Shown here: one piece after another, positions 35,601 through 50,600 of the stretch
How the letters are laid out: every line of letters starts with the position of its first letter
Position numbering within the stretch: position 1 is the first letter of the stretch
Assembly (NCBI GenBank): GCA_030390025.1
Contig: JASTWF010000364.1
Location: 62,001-126,000, forward strand
Length of the DNA stretch: 64,000 bases
Source of the DNA: Squalus acanthias
Lineage: Eukaryota
Direction of reading: 5' to 3'
Notes under the pieces: model-generated
Database searches by the model: none
Told to the model about the DNA's origin: nothing
Seen by the model: the letters and a program-made list of their open reading frames with translations, nothing else
Program-made: the position numbers and the translations under genes

Positions 35601-38600
35601 AATCGGGCGCATGTGAATGGGGTGAGTGTGAATGGGGCGAGTGTGAATCGGGCGGGTGTGAATCGAGCGGATGTGAATGGGGCGGGTGTGAATGGGGCGA
35701 GTGTGAACGGGGCGGCTGTGAATGGGGTGAGTGTGAATGGGGCGAGTGTGAATGGGGCGAGTGTGAATGGGCCGAGTGTGAATGGGGCGAGTGTGAACGG
35801 GGCAAGTGTGAATGGGCCGAGTGTGAATGGGGCGAGTGTGAATGGGGCGAGTGTGAATCGGGCGGGTGTGAATGGGGCAGGTGTGAATGGGCCGAGTGTG
35901 AATGGGGCGAGTGTGAACGGGGCAAATGTGAATGGGCCGAGTGTGAATGGGGCGAGTGTGAATGGGGTGGGTGTGAATCGGGTGAGTGTGAATGGGGTGA
36001 GTGTGAATGGGGCGAGTGTGAACAGTGCGGGTTTGAAAGGGCCCAGTGTGAATGGGGCGAGTGTGAATCGGGCGGGTGTCAATCGGGTGAGTGTGAATGG
36101 GGCGAGTGTGAATCGGGCGGGTGTGAATTCGGCGGGTGTGAATGGGGCGGGTTTGAATGGGGCGGGTGTGAATGGGGTGAGTGTGAATCGGGCGGGTGTG
36201 AATGGGGCGAGTGTGAATGGGGCGAGTGTGAACAGGCCGGGTGTGAATGGGGCGAGTGTGAATGGGGCGAGTGTGAATCGGGCGGGTGTGAATCGGGCGG
36301 GTGTGAATGGGGTGAGTGTGAATGGGGCGAGTGTGAACGGGGCGGGTGTGAATGGGGCGAGTGTGAATGGGGCGAGTGTGAACGGGGCGGGTGTGAATGG
36401 GGCAAGTGTGAATGGGGCGAGTGTGAATGGGGCAGGTGTGAATGGGGCGAGTGTGAATGGGGCGAGTGTGAATGGGGCAGGTGTGAATGGGGCAGGTGTG
36501 AATGGAGCGAGTGTGAACGGGGCGGGTATGAATGGGGCGAGTGTGAACGGGGCGGGTGTGAATCGGGGGTGTGTGAATGGGGCGGGTGTGAATTGGGCGG
36601 GTGTAAACGGGGCGGGTGTGAACGGGGCAAATGTGAATGGGCCGAGTGTGAATGGGGCGAGTGTGAATGGGGTGGGTGTGAATCGGGTGAGTGTGAATGG
36701 GGTGAGTGTGAATGGGGCGAGTGTGAACAGTGCGGGTGTGAAAGGGCCCAGTGTGAATGGGGCGAGTGTGAATCGGGCGGGTGTCAATCGGGTGAGTGTG
36801 AATGGGGCGAGTGTGAATCGGGCGGGTGTGAATGGGGTGAGTGTGAATCGGGCGGGTGTGAATGGGGCGAGTGTGAATGGGGCGAGTGTGAACAGGCCGG
36901 GTGTGAATGGGGCGAGTGTGAATCGGGCGGGTGTGAATCGGGCAGGTGTGAATGGGGTGAGTGTGAATGGGGCGAGTGTGAACGGGGCGGGTGTGAATGG
37001 GGCGAGTGTGAATGGGGCGAGTGTGAACGGGGCGGGTGTGAATGGGGCTAGTGTGAATGGGGCGAGTGTGAATGGGGCAGGTGTGAATGGGGCGAGTGTG
37101 AATGGGGCGAGTGTGAATGGGGCAGGTGTGAATGGGGCAGGTGTGAATGGAGCGAGTGTGAACGGGGCGGGTATGAATGGGGCGAGTGTGAACGGGGCGG
37201 GTGTGAATCGGGCGGGTGTGAATGGGGCGGGTGTGAATTGGGCGGGTGTAAACGGGGCGGGTGTGAATGGGGCGAGTGTGAATGTGGCGAGTGTGAACGG
37301 GGCGGGTGTGAATCAGGCGGGTGTGAATCGGACGAGTGTGAATCGAGCGGGTGTGTATGGGGCGGGTGTGAATCGGGCGAGTGTGAATGGGGCGGGTGTG
37401 AATGGGGCGGGTGTGAATCGGGCGAGTGTGAATCGAGCGGGTGTGTATGGGGCGGGTGTGAATCGGGCGGGTGTGAATCGGGTGGGTGTGAATGGGGCGG
37501 GTGTGAATCGGGTGAGTGTGAATGGGGCGAGTGTGAATCAAGCGGCTGTGAATCGGGCGAGTGTGAATTGGGCGGGTGTGAATGGGGCAGGTGTGAATCG
37601 GGAGAGTGTGAATGGGGCGAGTGTGAACGGGGCGAATGTGAATGGTGCAAGTGTGAACGGGGCGGGTGTGAATCGGGCGGGTATGAATCGAGCGGGTGTG
37701 AATGGGGTGAGTGTGAATCGGGCGGGTGTGAATGGGGCGGGTGTGAATCGGGCAAGTGTGAACGGGGCGGGTGTGAATGGGGCGAATGTGAATCGGGCGG
37801 GTGTGAATTGGGCAAGTGTGAATGGGGCGAGTGTGAACGGGGCGAGTGTGAATGGGGCGAGTGTGAACGGGGCGAGTGTGAATGGGGCGAGTGTGAACGG
37901 GGTGGGTGTGAATCGGGCGGGTGTGAAGCGGGCGAGTGTGAATCGGGCGAGTGTGAACGGGGCGAGTGTGAACGGGGCAAGTGTGAATCGGGCGGATGTG
38001 AATCGGACGGGTGTGTGAACGGGGCGAGTGTGAATGGGGCGAGTGTGAATGGGGCGGGTGTGAATCGGGCGCATGTGAATGGGGTGAGTGTGAATGGGGC
38101 GAGTGTGAATCGGGCGGGTGTGAATCGAGCGGATGTGAATGGGGCGGGTGTGAATGGGGCGAGTGTGAACGGGGCGGCTGTGAATGGGGTGAGTGTGAAT
38201 GGGGCGAGTGTGAATGGGGCGAGTGTGAATGGGACGAGTGTGAATGGGGCGAGTGTGAACGGGGCAAGTGTGAATGGGCCGAGTGTGAATGGGGCGAGTG
38301 TGAATGGGGCGAGTGTGAGTCGGGCGGGTGTGAATGGGGCAGGTGTGAATGGGCCGAGTGTGAATGGGGCGAGTGTGAACGGGGCAAATGTGAATGGGCC
38401 GAGTGTGAATGGGGCGAGTGTGAATGGGGTGGGTGTGAATCGGGTGAGTGTGAATGGGGTGAGTGTGAATGGGGCGAGTGTGAACAGTGCGGGTTTGAAA
38501 GGGCCCAGTGTGAATGGGGCGAGTGTGAATCGGGCGGGTGTCAATCGGGTGAGTGTGAATGGGGCGAGTGTGAATCGGGCGGGTGTGAATTCGGCGGGTG

Positions 38601-41600
38601 TGAATGGGGCGGGTGTGAATGGGGCGGGTGTGAATGGGGTGAGTGTGAATCGGGCGGGTGTGAATGGGGCGAGTGTGAATGGGGCGAGTGTGAACAGGCC
38701 GGGTGTGAATGGGGCGAGTGTGAATGGGGCGAGTGTGAATCGGGCGGGTGTGAATCAGGCGGGTGTGAATGGGGTGAGTGTGAATGGGGCGAGTGTGAAC
38801 GGGGCGGGTGTGAATGGGGCGAGTGTGAATGGGGCGAGTGTGAACGGGGCGGGTGTGAATTGGGCAAGTGTGAATGGGGCGAGTGTGAATGGGGCAGGTG
38901 TGAATGGGGCGAGTGTGAATGGGGCGAGTGTGAATGGGGCAGGTGTGAATGGGGCAGGTGTGAATGGAGCGAGTGTGAACGGGGCGGGTATGAATGGGGC
39001 GAGTGTGAACGGGGCGGGTGTGAATCGGGGGTGTGTGAATGGGGCGGGTGTGAATTGGGCGGGTGTAAACGGGGCGGGTGTGAACGGGGCAAATGTGAAT
39101 GGGCCGAGTGTGAATGGGGCGAGTGTGAATGGGGTGGGTGTGAATCGGGTGAGTGTGAATGGGGTGAGTGTGAATGGGGCGAGTGTGAACAGTGCGGGTG
39201 TGAAAGGGCCCAGTGTGAATGGGGCGAGTGTGAATCGGGCGGGTGTCAATCGGGTGAGTGTGAATGGGGCGAGTGTGAATCGGGCGGGTGTGAATGGGGT
39301 GAGTGTGAATCGGGCGGGTGTGAATGGGGCGAGTGTGAATGGGGCGAGTGTGAACAGGCCGGGTGTGAATGGGGCGAGTGTGAATCGGGCGGGTGTGAAT
39401 CGGGCAGGTGTGAATGGGGTGAGTGTGAATGGGGCGAGTGTGAACGGGGCGGGTGTGAATGGGGCGAGTGTGAATGGGGCGAGTGTGAACGGGGCGGGTG
39501 TGAATGGGGCTAGTGTGAATGGGGCGAGTGTGAATGGGGCAGGTGTGAATGGGGCGAGTGTGAATGGGGCGAGTGTGAATGGAGCGAGTGTGAACGGGGC
39601 GGGTATGAATGGGGCGAGTGTGAACGGGGCGGGTGTGAATCGGGCGGGTGTGAATGGGGCGGGTGTGAATTGGGCGGGTGTAAACGGGGCGGGTGTGAAT
39701 GGGGCGAGTGTGAATGTGGCGAGTGTGAACGGGGCGGGTGTGAATCAGGCGGGTGTGAATCGGACGAGTGTGAATCGAGCGGGTGTGTATGGGGCGGGTG
39801 TGAATCGGGCGAGTGTGAATGGGGCGGGTGTGAATGGGGCGGGTGTGAATCGGGCGAGTGTGAATCGAGCGGGTGTGTATGGGGCGGGTGTGAATCGGGC
39901 GGGTGTGAATCGGGTGGGTGTGAATGGGGCGGGTGTGAATCGGGTGAGTGTGAATGGGGCGAGTGTGAATCAAGCGGCTGTGAATCGGGCGAGTGTGAAT
40001 TGGGCGGGTGTGAATGGGGCAGGTGTGAATCGGGCGAGTGTGAATGGGGCGAGTGTGAACGGGGCGAATGTGAATGGTGCAAGTGTGAACGGGGCGAGTG
40101 TGAATCGGGCGGGTGTGAATCGGGCGCGTGTGAATGGGGCGGGTGTGAATGGGGCGAGTGTGAATGGGGTGAGTGTGAATGGGGTGGGTGTGAATGGGGC
40201 GGGTGTGAATGGGGCAGGTGTGAATGGGGCGAGTGTGAATGGGGCGAGTGTGAACGGGGCGGATGTGAATGGGGCGAGTGTGAATCGTGCGGGTGTGAAT
40301 CGTGCGGGTGTGAATCGGGCGAGTGCGAATCGGGCGGGTGTGAATCGGGCGGGTGTGAATGGGGCGAGTGTGAATCGGGTGAGTGTGAATCGGGCGGGTG
40401 TGAAGCGGGCGAGTGTGAATCGGGCGAGTGTGAACGGGGCGAGTGTGAACGGGGCAAGTGTGAATCGGGCGGATGTGAATCGGACGGGTGTGTGAACGGG
40501 GCGAGTGTGAATGGGGCGAGTGTGAATGGGGCGGGTGTGAATCGGGCGCATGTGAATGGGGTGAGTGTGAATGGGGCGAGTGTGAATCGGGCGGGTGTGA
40601 ATCGAGCGGATGTGAATGGGGCGGGTGTGAATGGGGCGAGTGTGAACGGGGCGGCTGTGAATGGGGTGAGTGTGAATGGGGCGAGTGTGAATGGGGCGAG
40701 TGTGAATGGGCCGAGTGTGAATGGGGCGAGTGTGAACGGGGCAAGTGTGAATGGGCCGAGTGTGAATGGGGCGAGTGTGAATGGGGCGAGTGTGAATCGG
40801 GCGGGTGTGAATGGGGCAGGTGTGAATGGGGCGAGTGTGAATGGGGCGAGTGTGAACGGGGCAAATGTGAATGGGCCGAGTGTGAATGGGGCGAGTGTGA
40901 ATGGGGTGGGTGTGAATCGGGTGAGTGTGAATGGGGTGAGTGTGAATGGGGCGAGTGTGAACAGTGCGGGTTTGAAAGGGCCCAGTGTGAATGGGGCGAG
41001 TGTGAATCGGGCGGGTGTCAATCGGGTGAGTGTGAATGGGGCGAGTGTGAATCGGGCGGGTGTGAATTCGGCGGGTGTGAATGGGGCGGGTGTGAATGGG
41101 GCGGGTGTGAATGGGGTGAGTGCGAATCGGGCGGGTGTGAATGGGGCGAGTGTGAATGGGGCGAGTGTGAACAGGCCGGGTGTGAATGGGGCGAGTGTGA
41201 ATGGGGCGAGTGTGAATCGGGCGGGTGTGAATCGGGCGGGTGTGAATGGGGTGAGTGTGAATGGGGCGAGTGTGAACGGGGCGGGTGTGAATGGGGCGAG
41301 TGTGAATGGGGCGAGTGTGAACGGGGCGGGTGTGAACGGGGCAAGTGTGAATGGGGCGAGTGTGAATGGGGCAGGTGTGAATGGGGCGAGTGTGAATGGG
41401 GCGAGTGTGAATGGGGCAGGTGTGAATGGGGCAGGTGTGAATGGAGCGAGTGTGAACGGGGCGGGTATGAATGGGGCGAGTGTGAACGGGGCGGGTGTGA
41501 ATCGGGGGGGTGTGAATGGGGCGGGTGTGAATTGGGCGGGTGTAAACGGGGCGGGTGTGAACGGGGCAAATGTGAATGGGCCGAGTGTGAATGGGGCGAG

Positions 41601-44600
41601 TGTGAATGGGGTGGGTGTGAATCGGGTGAGTGTGAATGGGGTGAGTGTGAATGGGGCGAGTGTGAACAGTGCGGGTGTGAAAGGGCCCAGTGTGAATGGG
41701 GCGAGTGTGAATCGGGCGGGTGTCAATCGGGTGAGTGTGAATGGGGCGAGTGTGAATCGGGCGGGTGTGAATGGGGTGAGTGTGAATCGGGCGGGTGTGA
41801 ATGGGGCGAGTGTGAATGGGGCGAGTGTGAACAGGCCGGGTGTGAATGGGGCGAGTGTGAATCGGGCGGGTGTGAATCGGGCAGGTGTGAATGGGGTGAG
41901 TGTGAATGGGGCGAGTGTGAACGGGGCGGGTGTGAATGGGGCGAGTGTGAATGGGGCGAGTGTGAACGGGGCGGGTGTGAATGGGGCTAGTGTGAATGGG
42001 GCGAGTGTGAATGGGGCAGGTGTGAATGGGGCGAGTGTGAATGGGGCGAGTGTGAATGGGGCAGGTGTGAATGGGGCAGGTGTGAATGGAGCGAGTGTGA
42101 ACGGGGCGGGTATGAATGGGGCGAGTGTGAACGGGGCGGGTGTGAATCGGACGGGTGTGAATGGGGCGGGTGTGAATTGGGCGGGTGTAAACGGGGCGGG
42201 TGTAAATGGGGCGAGTGTGAATGTGGCGAGTGTGAACGGGGCGGGTGTGAATCAGGCGGGTGTGAATCGGACGAGTGTGAATCGAGCGGGTGTGTATGGG
42301 GCGGGTGTGAATCGGGCGAGTGTGAATGGGGCGGGTGTGAATGGGGCGGGTGTGAATCGGGCGAGTGTGAATCGAGCGGGTGTGTATGGGGCGGGTGTGA
42401 ATCGGGCGGGTGTGAATCGGGTGGGTGTGAATGGGGCGGGTGTGAATCGGGTGAGTGTGAATGGGGCGAGTGTGAATCAAGCGGCTGTGAATCGGGCGAG
42501 TGTGAATTGGGCGGGTGTGAATGGGGCAGGTGTGAATCGGGCGAGTGTGAATGGGGCGAGTGTGAACGGGGCGAATGTGAATGGTGCAAGTGTGAACGGG
42601 GCGGGTGTGAATCGGGCGGGTATGAATCGAGCGGGTGTGAATGGGGTGAGTGTGAATCGGGCGGGTGTGAATGGGGCGGGTGTGAATCGGGCAAGTGTGA
42701 ACGGGGCGGGTGTGAATGGGGCGAATGTGAATCGGGCGGGTGTGAATTGGGCAAGTGTGAATGGGGCGAGTGTGAACGGGGCGAGTGTGAATGGGGCGAG
42801 TGTGAACGGGGCGAGTGTGAATGGGGCGAGTGTGAACGGGGTGGGTGTGAATCGGTTGGGTGTGAATCGGGTGAGTGTGAATGGGGCGAGTGTGAATGGG
42901 GTGGGTGTGAATGGGCCGAGGGTGAATGGGGCGAGTGTGAATGGGGCGGGTGTGAATCGGGTGAGTGTGAATGGGGCGAGTGTGAATCGAGCAGCTGTGA
43001 ATTGGGCGAGTGTGAATCGGGCGAGCGTGAATGGGGCGGGTGTGAATCGCGCGAGTGTGAATCGGGCGGGGATGAATCGAGCGGGTGTGAATGGGGCGAG
43101 TGTGAATCGGGTGAGTGTGAATCGGGCGGGTGTGAATGGGGCAGGTTTGAATCGGGCGAGTGTGAATGGGGTGGGTGTGAATTCGGCGGGTGTGAATGGG
43201 GCGGGTGTGAATGGGGCGGGTGTGAATGGGGTGAGTGTGAATCGGGCGGGTGTGAATGGGGCGAGTGCGAATGGGGCGAGTGTGAACAGGCCGGGTGTGA
43301 ATGGGGCGAATGTGAATGGGGCGAGTGTGAATTGGGCGGGTGTGAATCGGGCGGGTGTGAATGGGGTGAGTGTGAATGGGGCGAGTGTGAACGGGGCGGG
43401 TGTGAATGGGGCGAGTGTGAATGGGGCGAGTGTGAACGGGGCGGGTGTGAATGGGGCAAGTGTGAATGGGGCGAGTGTGAATGGGGCAGGTGTGAATGGG
43501 GCGAGTGTGAATGGGGCGAGTGTGAATGGGGCAGGTGTGAATGGGGCAGGTGTGAATGGAGCGAGTGTGAACGGGGCGGGTATGAATGGGGCGAGTGTGA
43601 ACGGGGCGGGTGTGAATCGGGGGGGAGTGAATGGGGCGGGTGTGAATTGGGCGGGTGTAAATGGGGCGGGTGTGAATGGGGCGAGTGTGAATGGGGCGAG
43701 TGTGAATGGGGCAAATGTGAATGGGCCGAGTGTGAATGGGGCGAGTGTGAATGGGGTGGGTGTGAATCGGGTGAGTGTGAATGGGGTGAGTGTGAATGGG
43801 GCGAGTGTGAACAGTGCGGGTGTGAAAGGGCCCAGTGTGAATGGGGCGAGTGTGAATCGGGCGGATGTCAATCGGGTGAGTGTGAATGGGGCGAGTGTGA
43901 ATCGGGCGGGTGTGAATTCAGCGGGTGTGAACGGGGCGGGTGTGAATGGGGTGGGTGTGAATGGGGTGAGTGTGAATCGGGCGGGTGTGAATGGGGCGAA
44001 TGTGAATCGGGCGGGTGTGAATTGGGCAAGTGTGAATGGGGCGAGTGTGAACGGGGCGAGTGTGAATGGGGCGAGTGTGAACGGGGCGAGTGTGAATGGG
44101 GCGAGTGTGAACGGGGTGGGTGTGAATCGGTTGGGTGTGAATCGGGTGAGTGTGAATGGGGCGAGTGTGAATGGGGTGGGTGTGAATGGGCCGAGGGTGA
44201 ATGGGGCGAGTGTGAATGGGGCGGGTGTGAATCGGGTGAGTGTGAATGGGGCGAGTGTGAATCGAGCAGCTGTGAATTGGGCGAGTGTGAATCGGGCGAG
44301 CGTGAATGGGGCGGGTGTGAATCGCGCGAGTGTGAATCGGGCGGGGATGAATCGAGCGGGTGTGAATGGGGCGAGTGTGAATCGGGTGAGTGTGAATCGG
44401 GCGGGTGTGAATGGGGCAGGTTTGAATCGGGCGAGTGTGAATGGGGTGGGTGTGAATTCGGCGGGTGTGAATGGGGCGGGTGTGAATGGGGCGGGTGTGA
44501 ATGGGGTGAGTGTGAATCGGGCGGGTGTGAATGGGGCGAGTGCGAATGGGGCGAGTGTGAACAGGCCGGGTGTGAATGGGGCGAATGTGAATGGGGCGAG

Positions 44601-47600
44601 TGTGAATTGGGCGGGTGTGAATCGGGCGGGTGTGAATGGGGTGAGTGTGAATGGGGCGAGTGTGAACGGGGCGGGTGTGAATGGGGCGAGTGTGAATGGG
44701 GCGAGTGTGAACGGGGCGGGTGTGAATGGGGCAAGTGTGAATGGGGCGAGTGTGAATGGGGCAGGTGTGAATGGGGCGAGTGTGAATGGGGCGAGTGTGA
44801 ATGGGGCAGGTGTGAATGGGGCAGGTGTGAATGGAGCGAGTGTGAACGGGGCGGGTATGAATGGGGCGAGTGTGAACGGGGCGGGTGTGAATCGGGGGGG
44901 AGTGAATGGGGCGGGTGTGAATTGGGCGGGTGTAAATGGGGCGGGTGTGAATGGGGCGAGTGTGAATGGGGCGAGTGTGAATGGGGCAAATGTGAATGGG
45001 CCGAGTGTGAATGGGGCGAGTGTGAATGGGGTGGGTGTGAATCGGGTGAGTGTGAATGGGGTGAGTGTGAATGGGGCGAGTGTGAACAGTGCGGGTGTGA
45101 AAGGGCCCAGTGTGAATGGGGCGAGTGTGAATCGGGCGGATGTCAATCGGGTGAGTGTGAATGGGGCGAGTGTGAATCGGGCGGGTGTGAATTCGGCGCG
45201 TGTGAACGGGGCGGGTGTGAATGGGGTGGGTGTGAATGGGGTGAGTGTGAATCGGGCGGGTGTGAATGGGGCGAGTGTGAATGGGGCGAGTGTGAACAGG
45301 CCGGGTGTGAATGGGGCGAGTGTGAATGGGGCGAGTGTGAATCGGGCGGGTGTGAATCGGGCAGGTGTGAATGGGGTGAGTGTGAATGGGGCGAGTGTGA
45401 ACGGGGCGGGTGTGAATGGGGCGAGTGTGAATGGGGCGAGTGTGAACGGGGCGGGTGTGAATGGGGCAAGTGTGAATGGGGCGAGTGTGAATGGGGCAGG
45501 TGTGAATGGGGCGAGTGTGAATGGGGCGAGTGTGAATGGGGCAGGTGTGAATGGGGCAGGTGTGAATGGAGCGAGTGTGAACGGGGCGGGTATGAATGGG
45601 GCGAGTGTGAACGGGGCGGGTGTGAATCGGGCGGGTGTGAATGGGGCGGGTGTGAATTGGGCGGGTGTAAACGGGGCGGGTGTGAATGGGGCGAGTGTGA
45701 ATGTGGCGAGTGTGAACGGGGCGGGTGTGAATCAGGCGGGTGTGAATCGGACGAGTGTGAATCGAGCGGGTGTGTATGGGGCGGGTGTGAATCGGGCGAG
45801 TGTGAATGGGGCGGGTGTGAATGGGGCGGGTGTGAATCGGGCGAGTGTGAATCGAGCGGGTGTGTATGGGGCGGGTGTGAATCGGGCGGGTGTGAATCGG
45901 GTGGGTGTGAATCGGGCTGGTGTGAATCGGGTGAGTGTGAATGGGGCGAGTGTGAATCAAGCGGCTGTGAATCGGGCGAGTGTGAATTGGGCGGGTGTGA
46001 ATGGGGCAGGTGTGAATCGGGCGAGTGTGAATGGGGCGAGTGTGAACGGGGCGAATGTGAATGGTGCAAGTGTGAACGGGGCGGGTGTGAATCGGGCGGG
46101 TATGAATCGAGCGGGTGTGAATGGGGTGAGTGTGAATCGGGCGGGTGTGAATGGGGCGGGTGTGAATCGGGCAAGTGTGAACGGGGCGGGTGTGAATGGG
46201 GCGAATGTGAATCGGGCGGGTGTGAATTGGGCAAGTGTGAATGGGGCGAGTGTGAACGGGGCGAGTGTGAATGGGGCGAGTGTGAACGGGGCGAGTGTGA
46301 ATGGGGCGAGTGTGAACGGGGTGGGTGTGAATCGGTTGGGTGTGAATCGGGTGAGTGTGAATGGGGCGAGTGTGAATGGGGTGGGTGTGAATGGGCCGAG
46401 TGTGAATGGGGCGAGTGTGAATGGGGCGGGTGTGAATCGGGTGAGTGTGAATGGGGCGAGTGTGAATCGAGCAGCTGTGAATTGGGCGAGTGTGAATCGG
46501 GCGAGCGTGAATGGGGCGGGTGTGAATCGCGCGAGTGTGAATCGGGCGGGTATGAATCGAGCGGGTGTGAATGGGGCGAGTGTGAATCGGGTGAGTGTGA
46601 ATCGGGCGGGTGTGAATGGGGCAGGTTTGAATCGGGCGAGTGTGAATGGGGTGGGTGTGAATCGGGCGGGTGTGAATGGGGCGAGTGTGAATGGGGCGAG
46701 TGTGAATGGGGTGGGTGTGAATCGGGCAGGTGTGAATGGGGCAGGTGTGAATGGGGTGAGTGTGAACGGGGCGAGTGTGAACGGGGCGGGTGTAAATCGG
46801 GCGGGTGTGAATCGAGCAGGTGTGAATGGGGCGAGTGTGAATCGGGCAGGTTTGAATGGGGTGGGTGTGAATCGGGCAAGTGTGAACGGAGCGGTTGTGA
46901 ATGGGGCGAGTGTGAATGGGGTGAGTGTGAATGGGGTGGGTGTGAATCGGGTGAGTGTGAATGGGGCAGGTGTGAATGGGGCGGGTGTGAATGGGGCGGG
47001 TGTGAATGGGGCGGGTGTGAATGGGGCGAGTGTGAATCAGGCGGTTGTGAATTGGGCGGGTGTGAATGGGGCGGGTGTGAATGGGGCGAGTGTGAATGGG
47101 GTAAGTGTGAATCGGGCGGGTGTGAATGGGGTGGGTGTGAATGGGGCAGGTGTGAATGGGGCGAGTGTGAATGGGGCAGGTGTGAATGGGGCGAGTGTGA
47201 ACGGGGCGGGTATGAATGGGGCGAGTGTGAACGGGGCGGGTGTGAATCGGGCAGGTGTGAATGGGGCGGGTGTGAATGGGGCGGGTGTGAATAGGGTGGG
47301 TGTGAATTGGGCAAGTGTGAACGGGGCGGGTGTGAATGGGGCGAGTGTGAATGGGGCAGGTTTGAATCGGGCGCGTGTGAATGGGGCGAGTGTGAATGGG
47401 GCGAGTGTGAATGGGGTGGGTGTGAATCGGGCAGGTGTGAATGGGGCAGGTGTGAATCGGGCGAGTGTGAACGGGGCGAGTGTGAACGGGGCGAGTGTGA
47501 ACGGGGCGGGTGTAAATCGGGCGGGTGTGAATCGAGCAGGTGTGAATGGGGCGAGTGTGAATCGGGCGGGGCGGGTGTAAATCGGGCGGGTGTGAATCGA

Positions 47601-50600
47601 GCAGGTGTGAATGGGGCGAGTGTGAACCGGGCGGGTTTGAATGGGGTGGGTGTGAATCGGGCAAGTGTGAACGGAGCGGGTGTGAATGGGGCAAGTGTGA
47701 ATCGGGCGGGTGTGAATTGGGCAAGTGTGAACGGGGCGGGTGTGAATGGGGCGAGTGTGAATGGGGCGAGTGTGAACGGGGCGAGTGTGAATGGGGCGAG
47801 TGTGAATCGGGTGAGTGTGAATGGGGTGGGTGTGAATCGGGTGAGTGTGAATGGGGCGGGTGTGAATCGGGCGGGTGTGAATGGGGCGGGTGTGAATGGG
47901 GCGGGTGTGAATGGGGCGAGTGTGAATCGGGCGGGTGTGAATCGGGCGCGTGTGAATGGGGCGGGTGTGAATGGGGCGAGTGTGAATGGGGTGAGTGTGA
48001 ATGGGGCGGGTGTGAATGGGGCGGGTGTGAATGGGGCAGGTGTGAATGGGGCGAGTGTGAATGGGGCGAGTGTGAAAGGGCGGGTGTGAATGGGGCGAGT
48101 GTGAATCGTGCGGGTGTGAATCGTGCGGGTGTGAATCGGGCGAGTGCGAATCGGGCGGGTGTGAATCGGGCGGGTGTGAATGGGGCGAGTGTGAATCGGG
48201 TGAGTGTGAATCGGGCGGGTGTGAAGCGGGCGAGTGTGAATCGGGCGAGTGTGAACGGGGCGAGTGTGAACGTGGCAAGTGTGAATCGGGCGGATGTGAA
48301 TCGGACGGGTGTGTGAACGGGGCGAGTGTGAATGGGGCGAGTGTGAATCGGGCGGGTGTGAATCGAGCGGATGTGAATGGGGCGGGTGTGAATGGGGCGA
48401 GTGTGAACGGGGCGGGTGTGAATGGGGTGAGTGTGAATGGGGCGAGTGTGAATGGGGCGAGTGTGAATGGGCCGAGTGTGAATGGGGCGAGTGTGAACGG
48501 GGCAAGTGTGAATGGGCCGAGTGTGAATGGGGCGAGTGTGAATGGGGCGAGTGTGAATCGGGCGGGTGTGAATGGGGCAGGTGTGAATGGGCCGAGTGTG
48601 AATGGGGCGAGTGTGAATGGGGCAAATGTGAATGGGCCGAGTGTGAATGGGGCGAGTGTGAATGGGGTGGGTGTGAATCGGGTGAGTGTGAATGGGGTGA
48701 GTGTGAATGGGGCGAGTGTGAACAGTGCGGGTGTGAAAGGGCCCAGTGTGAATGGGGCGAGTGTGAATCGGGCGGGTGTCAATCGGGTGAGTGTGAATGG
48801 GGCGAGTGTGAATCGGGCGGGTGTGAATTCGGCGGGTGTGAATGGGGCGGGTGTGAATCGGGCGGGTGTGAATGGGGCGAGTGTGAATGGGGCGAGTGTG
48901 AACAGGCCGGGTGTGAATGGGGCGAGTGTGAATGGGGCGAGTGTGAATCGGGCGGGTGTGAATCGGGCGGGTGTGAATGGGGTGAGTGTGAATGGGGCGA
49001 GTGTGAACGGGGCGGGTGTGAATGGGGCGAGTGTGAATGGGGCGAGTGTGAACGGGGCGGGTGTGAATGGGGCAAGTGTGAATGGGGCGAGTGTGAATGG
49101 GGCAGGTGTGAATGGGGCGAGTGTGAATGGGGCGAGTGTGAATGGGGCAGGTGTGAATGGGGCAGGTGTGAATGGAGCGAGTGTGAACGGGGCGGGTATG
49201 AATGGGGCGAGTGTGAACGGGGCGGGTGTGAATCGGGGGGGTGTGAATGGGGCGGGTGTGAATTGGGAGGGTGTAAACGGGGCGGGTGTGAATGGGGCGA
49301 GTGTGAATGGGGCGAGTGTGAACGGGGCAAATGTGAATGGGCCGAGTGTGAATGGGGCGAGTGTGAATGGGGTGGGTGTGAATCGGGTGAGTGTGAATGG
49401 GGTGAGTGTGAATGGGGCGAGTGTGAACAGTGCGGGTGTGAAAGGGCCCAGTGTGAATGGGGCGAGTGTGAATCGGGCGGGTGTCAATCGGGTGAGTGTG
49501 AATGGGGCGAGTGTGAATCGGGCGGGTGTGAATTCGGCGGGTGTGAACGGGGCGGGTGTGAATGGGGCGGGTGTGAATGGGGTGAGTGTAAATCGGGCGG
49601 GTGTGAATGGGGCGAGTGTGAATGGGGCGAGTGTGAACAGGCCGGGTGTGAATGGGGCGAGCGTGAATGGGGCGAGTGTGAATCGGGCGGGTGTGAATCG
49701 GGCAGGTGTGAATGGGGTGAGTGTGAATGGGGCGAGTGTGAACGGGGCGGGTGTGAATGGGGCGAGTGTGAATGGGGCGAGTGTGAATGGGGCGAGTGTG
49801 AACGGGGCGGGTGTGAATGGGGCAAGTGTGAATGGGGCGAGTGTGAATGGGGCAGGTGTGAATGGGGCGAGTGTGAATGGGGCAGGTGTGAATGGGGCAG
49901 GTGTGAATGGAGCGAGTGTGAACGGGGCGGGTATGAATGGGGCGAGTGTGAACGGGGCGGGTGTGAATCGGGCGGGTGTGAATGGGGCGGGTGTGAATTG
50001 GGCGGGTGTAAACGGGGCGGGTGTGAATGGGGCGAGTGTGAATGTGGCGAGTGTGAACGGGGCGGGTGTGAATCAGGCGGGTGTGAATCGGACGAGTGTG
50101 AATCGAGCGGGTGTGTATGGGGCGGGTGTGAATCGGGCGAGTGTGAATGGGGCGGGTGTGAATGGGGCGGGTGTGAATCGGGCGAGTGTGAATCGAGCGG
50201 GTGTGTATGGGGCGGGTGTGAATCGGGCGGGTGTGAATCGGGTGGGTGTGAATCGGGCGGGTGTGAATCGGGTGAGTGTGAATGGGGCGAGTGTGAATCA
50301 AGCGGCTGTGAATCGGGCGAGTGTGAATTGGGCGGGTGTGAATGGGGCGAGTGTGAACGGGGCAAATGTGAATGGGCCGAGTGTGAATGGGGCGAGTGTG
50401 AATGGGGTGGGTGTGAATCGGGTGAGTGTGAATGGGGTGAGTGTGAATGGGGCGAGTGTGAACAGTGCGGGTTTGAAAGGGCCCAGTGTGAATGGGGCGA
50501 GTGTGAATCGGGCGGTTGTCAATCGGGTGAGTGTGAATGGGGCGAGTGTGAATCGGGCGGGTGTGAATGGGGTGAGTGTGAATCGGGCGGGTGTGAATGG